Origin: a virus
Lineage: Duplodnaviria; Caudoviricetes
Strand: one strand, 5' to 3'
DNA: 64,000 nucleotides
Virus record (IMG/VR): IMGVR_UViG_2724679705_000002
Span: 2,069 to 66,068 of that record
The position numbers were made by a program, and so were the translations under genes. The first letter of the stretch is position 1, and every line of letters starts with the position of its first letter. Below are positions 10,390 to 20,070 of this stretch, piece by piece. The notes under the pieces are model-generated. The model saw only the letters and a list, made by a program, of their open reading frames with translations, was not told the DNA's origin and searched no databases.

Positions 10390-11238
10390 TCAAGCGCCAA
10401 CGTGATGGATGGCGCCGACGGTGAAATCTGAATGGGGAACAGATAACAGCATCCCGTAACCCGTATCAAAGTAAGGAGGAGGAAAGAGAGAGCGGACGCC
10501 TACCATGCTCCCTGAGCCAAGCCACTTGAACGCGTCAGAGAGGTTGAATCGGATCACGCCGATAATCGCTTCTGAATAATCCATTATTCGGCCGCCCTGC
10601 TCGCCCTTTGCCCGAAAGAGCATTCCATGCTGAGAATGAGGCCGCAAGAAAATGGACGGGACCGTAACTCTCAGGTCGATAAGTTCGGTTTTGCGGCTCA
10701 ACAGCATTCCGCGGCGAGGTTTTCCGCGTCTATCATCGTTGGCGGACAGCAGGATTATGTAGCAATAAGAATCTTCCGTGACTTTTCGTTGGTCGAAATG
10801 GAGAAATTCTTTGTGTTTCCCGACCGAGAAAGCTTGATGGGATGCGAACCAGAGCGCGACCCAAACATTGTCCACCACATCGATCCACGTTGTGTGAATT
10901 CCGTAATGCTGAAGCAGCGGCTCATGGGCGTAGTCCGGAAATCCTTCGAAAATTCGGCAGTTGGCTCGAAACAATTCCAGCGTGGAGTTAAGTGCTGCAT
11001 GTCTGTTTGTTTGGGCGGCGTCACTCTTAATTCCGCGGTAAAGCGTTGGTGACAGACCATCATATAGCTTCGATTGGCCTCGCAAGAACACTCGCTCAAA
11101 TGGTTGCGCTTTGAACTTTGCGTATCCAACGGCTTGAGTGAGCGCATGTGGACTCTCTACGTGCAACACATTCTTGCCTGACGCTTGATCAACCAAATAG
11201 CTTGCATCGCGAATAGTCACCTTCTCGAAAACGCTCAT
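10390..11238 (-). CDS. FRG domain protein (moron inside the tail operon)
   Basis: FLRGQS, LLQHYGIHTTWIDV, VALWFA and HSQHGMLF motifs; visibly lower GC than flanks. Confidence 0.85.
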   Translation of the reverse strand: MSVFEKVTIRDASYLVDQASGKNVLHVESPHALTQAVGYAKFKAQPFERVFLRGQSKLYDGLSPTLYRGIKSDAAQTNRHAALNSTLELFRANCRIFEGFPDYAHEPLLQHYGIHTTWIDVVDNVWVALWFASHQAFSVGKHKEFLHFDQRKVTEDSYCYIILLSANDDRRGKPRRGMLLSRKTELIDLRVTVPSIFLRPHSQHGMLFRAKGEQGGRIMDYSEAIIGVIRFNLSDAFKWLGSGSMVGVRSLFPPPYFDTGYGMLLSVPHSDFTVGAIHHVGA

Positions 11239-11300
11239 TGCGAACCCCACTATCGGTCAGATTTGTAAGGGCTAATCCATCTCGAAGCTCGCGTCGAGAG

Positions 11301-11918
11301 TCAGACCCACCCCGCCACGATCCTTCCCGGCACGCCGTCGATGGCCTGATCTGCATCCCGCGCCAGATCGAGCCGCTTGCGAAGCTTGACCTGCGGCACG
11401 AGGAGAAAGATTGGCACGGTGGTCAGTCCTCGGCCCGTCTTCGCGCGGGATGCCACCGCCCGGCCCTTGCTGTTCAACCGCCCCTCGGCCACCAGCAGGC
11501 TTGGGCCCCGGCGGCGGTAGATCAAGCGCAAACGGAGGCCGGTTCGGCGTTCCCATTCGCCGGGTGTGATCCGACCGCCGCGCGTGGATTTTCCTGCGGC
11601 GGCGGTGGGGATCGACAGCCAGAACCCGTTGCGCGACCGGATCAGCGGCCCCGTGTCATGCGCGCCGACGATGACCGGGGCGTTCGACCAGACCAGCGCC
11701 GCGGCGTTCAGGCTCTCGCTGCCCTTGGGATAGGTGGCCAGCCGGATCGTGTTGCCAAGCCGGGTGCCCAGCCCCGCGCCGGTGATCTGGCCGCGCCAGG
11801 CGGATTTGAGGCTTGCGCCCGCCTCGCGCATGGCGGTGGTAACTGCCTTTTCTCCCGCGGCAATTTCCGCCTGCATCAGGGCTGCGAGGTCGGGGCTGAT
11901 TTCCAGCTTTAGCTTCAT
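11301..11918 (-). CDS. Neck/tail-connector protein (DUF6441-like)
   Basis: AWRGQITGAGLG.RL.N.IR, SLNAAALVWS and VPIFLLVPQVKL motifs; position. Confidence 0.7.
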   Translation of the reverse strand: MKLKLEISPDLAALMQAEIAAGEKAVTTAMREAGASLKSAWRGQITGAGLGTRLGNTIRLATYPKGSESLNAAALVWSNAPVIVGAHDTGPLIRSRNGFWLSIPTAAAGKSTRGGRITPGEWERRTGLRLRLIYRRRGPSLLVAEGRLNSKGRAVASRAKTGRGLTTVPIFLLVPQVKLRKRLDLARDADQAIDGVPGRIVAGWV

Positions 11919-12229
11919 GCTGGCCTCAGATCGAGCGTCCAGATCAGCCGCTCGCGATCCCGCAGCGGCTCTCCCTGGATGACATGGCTTTCGGCGCCGA
12001 TGACGATCACATCGCCCGGGCGCGGGGCGGGCAGGTCTGCCACGCGGACGTCCACAACGGTCGTGTCGCTGACGAAGCGCCCCGCGCCGAAGTCGGTCAC
12101 GCGATCCGGGGCGCGGCGGATGATGCGGATCGGGCGTTCCTCGGACGTCGTGGCCGAGATCCAGAGGGCCGGTGCCGCCATGGAGGCATGGGTGAAGATG
12201 CGGTCCATGGCGGCGGCAAAGACGGACAT
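11915..12229 (-). CDS. Head-tail joining protein
   Basis: 104 aa directly after the capsid gene; ends RLIWTLDLRP. Confidence 0.7.
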   Translation of the reverse strand: MSVFAAAMDRIFTHASMAAPALWISATTSEERPIRIIRRAPDRVTDFGAGRFVSDTTVVDVRVADLPAPRPGDVIVIGAESHVIQGEPLRDRERLIWTLDLRPA

Positions 12230-12240
12230 GGGTAGGTCCG

Positions 12241-13263
12241 TCAGTTCGAGCTGTGGATCCGGACGGCCAGCCGGGGTCGCTTGTTGACCGGCAGGATCGA
12301 GGCCTCGGTCATCACGTCGATCCAGCGGCCCTTCTCGTCGAGATGCTGGCGGGCGTAGAGGGGCAGGCCGATGGTGTTGGCGGTTTCCAGCAGGTTCGCG
12401 GGGCCGCCATAGGTGGTGAAGGTGTCCATCGTGCCGAGCGGGAAGGCGATGCCCTCGTTCGCCGGAACTAGCCGTTCGGTGGCCTTGGTGGAGAGGGTGA
12501 CGGTGCCGGAATATTCCTCGAAGAGGATGCCGGCGAAGGGGAAGTTGCGGCGGACGTCCTCGCGCAGCGGCTGGGCGCCGGTCGAGGCGTAGAACTTGTA
12601 GGCCTCCTCGGTCTTCGGATGCGCGATCAGCTTGTCGAAGAACTCGCGGCTGACCAGCGCATGGACCGAGGTCATCGCCTCGCCGAGGAGGTTGTCCTCA
12701 ATGGCCCGCAGCACCTCGCGCACCTTGCCCTGCACGTTCGTGCCTGCGGTGCCGAGCACGAAGTCGACCGAGATCTGCGCCAGGCCGAATTCGGTGAAGT
12801 AGTTGTAGATGGTCGTGCCCGCCCCGTCCTTCACGATGCCGCGGAGCGCGTTCATCTCCATGTATTCGCGGGTCTGGGCGTGCTTGCGGCGCATGAGGAG
12901 CAGCTTGCGGTTCATCACCTCGACGAGCGGATCGGCCGCATCGAACGTGCCCAGCGCGGGTTGTCCCTGGATATCGGCAGGCAGGATGACGTCGTCATGC
13001 GGGATCCACGGCAGGGCGAAGCTGCGCATCGACCGGCCTTCGCGCGTGCCGACGGTGGCGGGGCCGCCGAGCGGGACAGAGGGGAGAAGGCTGAGGACGC
13101 CCTCGTATTGCTCGATGATGACGGACCGTTGGCTGACCCCTTCGAAGCGGAAGAGGCCGATCTGGGCGAGGCGGGTGTAGAGGTTGGGCAGGATGTTGAT
13201 GGCCTGCGTCATCTCGGCCAGCGAATAGCCGCCAGCGTCGAAGGGATTGCGGATGAGGGTCAT
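12241..13263 (-). CDS. Major capsid protein (lambda gpE-like)
   Basis: Start MTLIRNPFDAGGYSLAEMTQAINILPNLY at 13263; 340 aa; follows decoration protein. Confidence 0.88.
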   Translation of the reverse strand: MTLIRNPFDAGGYSLAEMTQAINILPNLYTRLAQIGLFRFEGVSQRSVIIEQYEGVLSLLPSVPLGGPATVGTREGRSMRSFALPWIPHDDVILPADIQGQPALGTFDAADPLVEVMNRKLLLMRRKHAQTREYMEMNALRGIVKDGAGTTIYNYFTEFGLAQISVDFVLGTAGTNVQGKVREVLRAIEDNLLGEAMTSVHALVSREFFDKLIAHPKTEEAYKFYASTGAQPLREDVRRNFPFAGILFEEYSGTVTLSTKATERLVPANEGIAFPLGTMDTFTTYGGPANLLETANTIGLPLYARQHLDEKGRWIDVMTEASILPVNKRPRLAVRIHSSN

Positions 13264-13291
13264 GGGGGATGCTCCGGGGGAATGAGGGGGA

Positions 13292-13672
13292 TCAGACGCC
13301 GTCGCGGGCGACGATGCCTGCGGCGGCCAGCTGGCCGATCTTGGTGGTGATCTTCGCCGCGTCATCGACGGTGGCGTCGTAGGCGAGGCCCGCGCGCGAG
13401 ACGATGGCGGGGCCGCGGGCAATGACGATGCCCACCGCGTCCGCCAGCGTGGCATCGACGGCATAGAGCAGGACGGCCGAGGCGGTCTGCGCGCCATCGG
13501 TGCCGCCGCTGGTCGCCAGCTTGTATTTGCCGCTGGCGGTGATCCGGCCGAGGACGGCGCCGACAGGGTAGGGCATGCCCGCGAGCAGCGTCACCACCTC
13601 GCGGGTGTAGTTGGGGTTGACCTCATATTTGAGGACATCGCCCATGCTGGGCGGTTCCGTCAGGACGGGCAT
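13292..13672 (-). CDS. Head decoration protein (gpD-like)
   Basis: YTREVVTL, GAVLGRIT and GAQTASAVLL motifs; between protease and capsid. Confidence 0.85.
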   Translation of the reverse strand: MPVLTEPPSMGDVLKYEVNPNYTREVVTLLAGMPYPVGAVLGRITASGKYKLATSGGTDGAQTASAVLLYAVDATLADAVGIVIARGPAIVSRAGLAYDATVDDAAKITTKIGQLAAAGIVARDGV

Positions 13673-13713
13673 GGTTCAGTCTCCACGATGTTGGGGGATG
13701 GGATGCGCCGGGA

Positions 13714-15027
13714 TCAGCGCGAGGCGGCGGCCGACTTCTTCGCGGCCGCGACGATGGGGCTTTCCTTGGCCCCTTGTGCGGGGGCCGTGGCGATGATGCC
13801 CGCGGCATCACTGCGCGCGGCGAGATCGGCCAGGACCTTCGCACGCAGCGCCTCGGGCTTCACGCCCTTCGCGACGGCATCGGCGGCATCGATCTGGATG
13901 CCGAGCCGGGCGGCCTGCGCGCAGACTTGCGCGACCTCCGCCGCCTCTGCGCGGATGGCTTCGGGCGACATCGCGGCCGCCGCCGTCTGCGGCGGTGCGA
14001 TTGCCGTGGGCGCGGCCGGTTCCGGCGGGGTGCTGGCAGCAGGCGCGGTCGCAGGCTGCGCATGATCTTCGGGGGCAGTGGTCATCATCAGGCCCTTTCC
14101 TCTGGGGGTGGATGTGCCGCGGGGTGCGGCGGCGAAAGCGCGGAAGGCGGTGACGGGATCGGCCACCTCGTCGGCAAGACCGGCGAAGACCGCCGCCTCA
14201 CCGCGGAACACGGCGGCTTCGGTGCTTAGCGCGCGTAGGGTGTCGAGGCGGCGACCACGACCTTCGGCGACGGTTTCGGCGAAGAGCTGACGCAGGTCTT
14301 CCAGCTCGCCCGCGATCCGGGCGCGGACGGTCTCGCGCAGGGGCTGGTAGGGGTTCGCATCGACCTTGCGGGCTCCAGCATGGATCAGCGTGACGGCGAT
14401 GCCCTTCTGATCGAGCGCCCCGCTCATGTCGCTGTGCATGGCCACGACGCCGATGCTGCCAACTGCCCCGGTACGCGGCAGGATGATCCGCTCGGCCTGG
14501 GATGCGAGGGCGTAGGCGGCCGAAAGGGCGTGATCCGCGACGAAGGCATGGATGGGTTTCACCTGACGCGCGGCGCGGAGGCGATCCGCCAGATCGAAGG
14601 CCCCCGCCACTTCGCCACCGAAGCTGTCGATGTCGAGGGCGATGCCGCGGATCGCCGGATCGGCAAGCGCCGCCTGCAGCTGGGCCGCGATCCCTTCGTA
14701 GGATGTCAGCCCCGAGGATTGCCCGATCCAGGCACCACGATGCACCAGCGTGCCTGCGATCTCGATGACGGCGATCCCGTCCACCACAGCGAAGGGCTGT
14801 CTTCCGTTCCGCGCCTGGCGGTTGGTCAGGTCGTCGCCGAGCAGCGATGCGCGGGCAGGCAGGGTGGCTGCTTCGCGATCCTCGGCCATGATCTCCAGCC
14901 CCTCGACGCTGATCTCCCGCCCCGTGATCCGGGGACCAAGGCCGGTCACGAAGGCCAGTGCCTTGGCAGGATCCACCATCAGGGGCGTGTTGAAGACGCG
15001 CTGGGCGATCTGGGTGTGGTGCATCAT
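13714..15027 (-). CDS. S49 family prohead protease with C-terminal scaffold (lambda gpC/Nu3-like)
   Basis: DIDSFGGEV, ALSAAYALAS and GSIGV S49 motifs; Ala/Pro-rich C-terminus. Confidence 0.9.
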   Translation of the reverse strand: MMHHTQIAQRVFNTPLMVDPAKALAFVTGLGPRITGREISVEGLEIMAEDREAATLPARASLLGDDLTNRQARNGRQPFAVVDGIAVIEIAGTLVHRGAWIGQSSGLTSYEGIAAQLQAALADPAIRGIALDIDSFGGEVAGAFDLADRLRAARQVKPIHAFVADHALSAAYALASQAERIILPRTGAVGSIGVVAMHSDMSGALDQKGIAVTLIHAGARKVDANPYQPLRETVRARIAGELEDLRQLFAETVAEGRGRRLDTLRALSTEAAVFRGEAAVFAGLADEVADPVTAFRAFAAAPRGTSTPRGKGLMMTTAPEDHAQPATAPAASTPPEPAAPTAIAPPQTAAAAMSPEAIRAEAAEVAQVCAQAARLGIQIDAADAVAKGVKPEALRAKVLADLAARSDAAGIIATAPAQGAKESPIVAAAKKSAAASR

Positions 15028-16535
15028 GCGTCCTCCGCGCGCCGGGGTTCCCGGTCCTCCCCATCCTCTTCCTGATTGCCGTCCTCCTGCTGATCTCGTT
15101 GCTGGCCCTCCGCATCACCCGGCGCAGCGCCGCCGCCTGCCGCCTGTGCGGGTGACCCCGGCCGCCGGAAGTCGAGACCCAGTTCCGCCTCGCGCTTGCG
15201 TTCGGCCGCGATTTCCCGGTCGACCTGCTCTGCGTCGTATCCCCGCTCGGCGATGGCCTGTGTGCGGGATTTGAGGCCTGCCTCGATCTGCAGGATCTCC
15301 GCCGCGGCGTCCTTCGCCGGGTCGATCCAGTCCCATTTCGTGGGGAGCCAGTCACAGGCGAGGTAGGCACGCCGGTCGGTGGCATAGCCCGGAAAGTCGA
15401 TGGCGCCCGCCAGCACCGCCGTGTCCATCCAGCGCGTCCAGACCGCCCGGCAGAGCTGGTGAACCATCACCGAATGCTGGAAGGCGGAGATGCGGCGACG
15501 GAAGTCGACCAAGGCGATCCGGGTGTTCGAGAAGTTCCCCTTGGCGGTGTCGCCGGTCAGATACCCATAGGGCACGCCCAGCGCAGCGCCGATCTGCAGG
15601 AGCGTCCGGTACTGGAAGGGTTCGTAGGTGGACCCGGAATCCGGCGTCGAAGGCGTGGTGACGTCTTCGCCCGGATCAAGGCGCACCACCTGGCCCGGTT
15701 CGACCTCTAGATCGTCCTCGGCCGGATCGAGGGCGGTTTCCGGGGCGGGGGAGGTGATGAACATCGCGAACATCGCCGCGGTCTTTTTCCGTTCCAGTTC
15801 CGCATCGTCGTAGAGATCGAGGGTGAAGAGCTTCACGACGGCCGCGGCGAAGCGTGTCACGCCCCGCAGCTGGCCCGCCTCGACCGGATCGAGGATGTGG
15901 ATCACCTCCGAGGCCGGAACTCGAACCGTTTCGCCCGCCAGCCCCGGATCGGTACTGTCGCCCGGATGGCGGCGCAGGAAATGGTAGGCGACGCGCCGCC
16001 CGATCCCGTCGAATTCGATGCCCTGCCGGATCGATCCCGCGCCGGGCAACACGCGCGTCATGTCCTGCGGCAGCATTTCCGAGGAGAGCATCTGCAGCTG
16101 CATCGGCACGGTCAGCCCGTCCTCCGGCCGTCGCGTGCGGATGCGCAGGAAGACCTCGCCCGCGAGAAACACCTCGCGGGCCGCCCGGCGCTGCAGCCCG
16201 AAGAAGTCGGTCAGCCCCTCGGCATCGGCCTCGTCGGTCCAAGCAAGCCAGAGCTTCTGTAGCTCCTCCTTCTTCGCGGCGTCCGCGATCTTCGACGAGG
16301 GCTTGATCCCGTCACCGACGACGTGGTTCGCGAAAGCATCGACGGCATTTGCGGCGTAGCCGTTGTTGCGCACGAGCCAGCGCGCCCGGGCGGTGATCGT
16401 CTCGCCCGAGGCCGAGATCAGCGTGTTTACATGGGCGCGGGTGGCGCGGAACCCGCGCATGCGACGATGAGACTGTGCGGCGTCGAACCCGCCGATGATG
16501 GACCCAAGGCGGGCACGGAAGGCGTCGAAGACCAT
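15024..16535 (-). CDS. Portal protein, lambda family
   Basis: RARWLVRNNGYAANAV, QLRGV, NFSNTR and WDWIDP.KD motifs. Confidence 0.93.
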   Translation of the reverse strand: MVFDAFRARLGSIIGGFDAAQSHRRMRGFRATRAHVNTLISASGETITARARWLVRNNGYAANAVDAFANHVVGDGIKPSSKIADAAKKEELQKLWLAWTDEADAEGLTDFFGLQRRAAREVFLAGEVFLRIRTRRPEDGLTVPMQLQMLSSEMLPQDMTRVLPGAGSIRQGIEFDGIGRRVAYHFLRRHPGDSTDPGLAGETVRVPASEVIHILDPVEAGQLRGVTRFAAAVVKLFTLDLYDDAELERKKTAAMFAMFITSPAPETALDPAEDDLEVEPGQVVRLDPGEDVTTPSTPDSGSTYEPFQYRTLLQIGAALGVPYGYLTGDTAKGNFSNTRIALVDFRRRISAFQHSVMVHQLCRAVWTRWMDTAVLAGAIDFPGYATDRRAYLACDWLPTKWDWIDPAKDAAAEILQIEAGLKSRTQAIAERGYDAEQVDREIAAERKREAELGLDFRRPGSPAQAAGGGAAPGDAEGQQRDQQEDGNQEEDGEDREPRRAEDA

Positions 16536-16538
16536 GGG

Positions 16539-16751
16539 TCAAAGGCCCTTCGTCGCGACGGTGCCCCAGCGACGGCGGCGGGGCGTCGCAGAGGCGGTGG
16601 CGATCCGGCCCTCCAAGTCGCGAACGGCCGCCGCCAGTTCGGCATCCGAGCCATAGGTCACGGTCTTGCCGTCATAGCTGACGCTGCGCAGCCCGGCGAA
16701 GCGGGCTTCCTGCAGCGCGGTCAGCAGGGCCTGCATGCGTTCCAGGTCCAT
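16539..16751 (-). CDS. gpW-like head completion protein
   Basis: MDLERMQALL...RSVSYDGKTVTYGS; between terminase and portal. Confidence 0.8.
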   Translation of the reverse strand: MDLERMQALLTALQEARFAGLRSVSYDGKTVTYGSDAELAAAVRDLEGRIATASATPRRRRWGTVATKGL

Positions 16752-18757
16752 CAGTCCCTCATGAAGTTCGGGGTGTAGGCCCGCCGTTTCCGGCGTGGCG
16801 TGGTCAGGGTTCCGGCCTTCGGTTGGGCCGGGTCTTGTGTGGCGATGTCGGTTGCGGTGGCCGTGGGCAGGCGCGTTTCCACGCCCGCCTGCGCTTCCAG
16901 CCGCCGCCAGGTTGCCTCGTCCCATCGGTCGGCGCCGAGGATCCACGCCGCGGCACGGGCATAGACCCGGCAGTCCAGCGCCTCGTTCCGCTCGCGCATC
17001 TTCTGCCATTCCTGATGGGCATAGCCGCGCTTGTTGCGGATGGTGACCAGCTGTTCCGCCACCAGCTGTTTCAGCCATTCTGTGTCCGCCCAGCCGGGCA
17101 GGTGGATCGTGCCGGGGGCATCGAGGGCGCCCGAGCCGCGCGCCTCGTCCGAGGGGCGTTCGATCCGCAGGAAGCGGTAGGTCTCCGCCTTGAAAGTCGC
17201 GGTCGCGACCGACCAGAGCCGCGCGCCGCGGCGCAGCCGTTTCCCGCCGATGGTGGCGTCAACGAAGGTCGGGCCCGAGACCGGTGCCGACCGGTTGAAG
17301 CCCTCAAGCCCCTTCAGGGGCGCTACCTGTTCGAACCCGACCTTGCGCGACCATGCATAGACCGCCGCGGCCTCGTAGCCGGTGTCGATGCCAAGTCTTG
17401 CCACGGTCATGAAGGCGCCGTTGGCATGCTGCCAGCTGCGCCCGAGCAGGGCGGTGAGCTTGTCCCAGGCGGCGGGGTCGTCGGGGCCGCCCGGGATGAC
17501 GATGTGATCGACAAGCCAGCTTTCCATGCCCCGGCCCCAGGCCCAGATGTCGACCTCGATCCGGTCCCTCTGGACGTCGGCCCCGGCCGTCAGAAACAAC
17601 CCCGCCATGGGCACCGTGCCCGGCTTCCAGGATTCACGCCGATCCGCCAGCCGTTGCCACTCCGGCGCATCGCCCGACTCGACCCATGTCTCGCCCAGCA
17701 GCGTGTTGCGCGCGGCGCGCAGCGTCTCGTCCGAACCTTGGGCCGCCAGCCACTCCCGCGCGACGTCGGACCAGCTTTTCCACCCGAGCGGCGAATAGAG
17801 CGCCGAGAGATGGAAGCCGATGGCCTTCGGATCCCTGGAAACCGCTGTTGCCCGCCATTCCCCCTTGGCCAGCATCTCGGTCTTGTGGTGCTCGGCGATG
17901 GGGCGTTCGCAGCCTTCGCAGTGATAGGCGGCGGTTTCCGGCTTCCCCTTCGCCCAGCGCAGCCGGTCGAATTGCAGCCATTGCATCGTGCCACAATGCG
18001 GGCAGGGCACAAAATAGCGCCGCTGGTCGCTGGCCTCGAACTCCCGCTCGATCCGGGACAGCCCCCGGATCGTGGGCGTCGAGACCATGAACACCTTGCG
18101 CCGGTGCGAGAAGGTCGTCGTCCGCGCCTCTGCCAGCGTGACCGGATCGCCTTCCTCGTCGGCCGAGGCGGGATAGGCGTCAACCTCGTCGAGGAAGACA
18201 TAGCGCGCAGGCATCGACCGCAGGCCGGTGGCCGAATTGGCTCCGGTCAAGACCAGGATGCCGCCGGGGAATTCCTTCGACAGCATCGAATTCCCGGCAT
18301 CGCGCGACCGGGCCGGGTTCACCCGTTCGCGTAGGGCCGGGCTGTCCGCGATCAGTGGATCAAGGCGGCCCCGCGAGGTGCGCTTGGCCAGTTCCAGGCT
18401 CGGCAGCACCGCCAGCATCGGCCCCGGCGCGTGATGGATGACGAAGCCGATCCAGTTGTTGCCCGCTTCCGTGGCCCCGACCTGCGCCGCCTTCATGAAG
18501 GTGATGCGCTGGGCGGGATGGCCCGGCGACAGCGCATCCATGATCTCGCGCAGGTAAGGGGCCCGGGCGGTGCGATAGCGCCCCGGCTCGGCCGCGCCAC
18601 GCGACGACAGCCAGCGATGCTGATCCGCCCATTCCGACACCGTCAGGTTCGGATCCGGGCGGAGGCCCTGTCGCCAGACCCGCAGCAGGTCCTCGGCGCC
18701 GTCGAAGCCTAGATCGAGGTCGGCCGTCAGATCGTTGTCATCGTCCTCATCATGCAA
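16751..18757 (-). CDS. Terminase large subunit, lambda GpA family
   Basis: MKAAQVGATE (Walker A-like), FLDEVD, STPT and VPCPHCG motifs; TTG start overlapping the terS stop. Confidence 0.95.
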   Translation of the reverse strand: MHDEDDDNDLTADLDLGFDGAEDLLRVWRQGLRPDPNLTVSEWADQHRWLSSRGAAEPGRYRTARAPYLREIMDALSPGHPAQRITFMKAAQVGATEAGNNWIGFVIHHAPGPMLAVLPSLELAKRTSRGRLDPLIADSPALRERVNPARSRDAGNSMLSKEFPGGILVLTGANSATGLRSMPARYVFLDEVDAYPASADEEGDPVTLAEARTTTFSHRRKVFMVSTPTIRGLSRIEREFEASDQRRYFVPCPHCGTMQWLQFDRLRWAKGKPETAAYHCEGCERPIAEHHKTEMLAKGEWRATAVSRDPKAIGFHLSALYSPLGWKSWSDVAREWLAAQGSDETLRAARNTLLGETWVESGDAPEWQRLADRRESWKPGTVPMAGLFLTAGADVQRDRIEVDIWAWGRGMESWLVDHIVIPGGPDDPAAWDKLTALLGRSWQHANGAFMTVARLGIDTGYEAAAVYAWSRKVGFEQVAPLKGLEGFNRSAPVSGPTFVDATIGGKRLRRGARLWSVATATFKAETYRFLRIERPSDEARGSGALDAPGTIHLPGWADTEWLKQLVAEQLVTIRNKRGYAHQEWQKMRERNEALDCRVYARAAAWILGADRWDEATWRRLEAQAGVETRLPTATATDIATQDPAQPKAGTLTTPRRKRRAYTPNFMRD

Positions 18758-19286
18758 GCGAGACCCGGAGGTCGGCGAGGGCGTCGAGCTGTTCGCGGAC
18801 ATGGGCTTCCAGCACCCTCTGCATGATCGCGGTCTCGATCGTCACCGATGCCCCGGATTGCCGTTCCACCTCCGCCATGATCTGCGCCGCCATCAGCGCG
18901 GCCACCCGTCCGGGCCAGGTCACCCAGACATCCCGTTCCTGCCGCGCCAGGCGAAACACCAGCGTTTCCGCCCGCGCACGGTCGACCAGCGTGCCCTTCT
19001 TCTTCTGGACCGCGATCTGCTTGTCCTGCGCGGCATAGACCGTCAGCAGCGTGCGGGCCTTGATGTAGGACGAGGTCTCGCCCGCACCGCTGGCCAGCCC
19101 GTCACCACCAAGCGACCTACGCTGCTGGTCGGGAGCCGTCATCTCGGCCCGCCGCACATCCGAGGCCGCGGCGTTGATCGACCCGTCGTCATGGACCACC
19201 AGCCGCCCGTTCTTGCGCGCCTTCTGCACCCCGCCGCGCGACAGCCCGGAATGGGCCGCATACTCGCGTTCGCTCATGCCTTTCAT
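18750..19286 (-). CDS. Terminase small subunit (Nu1-like wHTH)
   Basis: MKGMSEREYAAHSGLSRGGVQKARKNGRL N-terminal wHTH followed by coiled coil; directly upstream of terL. Confidence 0.85.
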   Translation of the reverse strand: MKGMSEREYAAHSGLSRGGVQKARKNGRLVVHDDGSINAAASDVRRAEMTAPDQQRRSLGGDGLASGAGETSSYIKARTLLTVYAAQDKQIAVQKKKGTLVDRARAETLVFRLARQERDVWVTWPGRVAALMAAQIMAEVERQSGASVTIETAIMQRVLEAHVREQLDALADLRVSLA

Positions 19287-19330
19287 GGTGCCGTTGTGCC
19301 TGTCAAGATATTGAAAATAAACAGGAAAAT

Positions 19331-19351
19331 ACAATCAATCCCGTTGATTGT
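19331..19351. promoter_or_regulatory. Palindrome ACAATCAA-N5-TTGATTGT, putative operator
   Basis: Perfect 8-bp inverted repeat in the AT-rich spacer between divergent terS and the plus-strand cassette. Confidence 0.5.
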
Positions 19352-19420
19352 TTCCCCCTCCGGAGCGATTCTGTCGTCCATCAACAGGCCGCATCGCGCC
19401 GATCCCAGGAGGGCTTCACC

Positions 19421-19636
19421 ATGACCACGACCACCATCCGCATCGACTATTCCACCCTTCCCGAGGGCTTCGACCTGAGCCGCCCGGATGCCATTGCCGA
19501 GGTCATCGAGCAGGCACTGCGCGAGAGCGGGATCCCGGCCGAGGCGTCCGACGTCCTGTCGCACCTGAAGATCGAACTGCCGACCGCCCAGCTTGGTGCC
19601 GCCAGCCGCACGCTGGCCGAGATGCGGCTGATCTGA
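19421..19636 (+). CDS. Small hypothetical protein
   Basis: AGGAGG RBS upstream; protein-like composition. Confidence 0.7.
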   Translation: MTTTTIRIDYSTLPEGFDLSRPDAIAEVIEQALRESGIPAEASDVLSHLKIELPTAQLGAASRTLAEMRLI

Positions 19637-19747
19637 CCGGAGCGATCAGAACGCACTGATATTGCTCCGATTTGCCTACGATCATCCGCCCTGCAGAGCG
19701 ATGGTGTTCGCACCAGAACGATGCAACTCACCGAAGGATGCCCCGCC

Positions 19748-19975
19748 ATGACCACCCGCCGCGCAGCCGACAATTCCAAAGCCCTCGACGCCTTCATCGC
19801 CGCCAAGGCCGAGATCGACACGATGCTGGAGCGCCTGAAGGCCCTGAGCGACGACCACTTCGAGACCCACCCCGACGAGATCAACTGGGGGCATGTCGGC
19901 ACGCTGAAGCACTATGCGGGCCTGCTGCGCCAGATCACCGACAGCGCCTTCAAGGAAGGCGAACACGCCGCCTGA
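19748..19975 (+). CDS. Small hypothetical phage protein (…DEINWGHVG…)
   Basis: GAAGGA upstream of ATG 19748; helical 75 aa. Confidence 0.7.
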   Translation: MTTRRAADNSKALDAFIAAKAEIDTMLERLKALSDDHFETHPDEINWGHVGTLKHYAGLLRQITDSAFKEGEHAA

Positions 19976-20070
19976 CGCGCCCACACGGCGCGACGGCCGC
20001 CCCGTCCGACGACGGGGCTTGCCTCCGTAGAAGGCGCGCACAGCGCGCGCCGCAGCGCCCGGAGGCCCCG

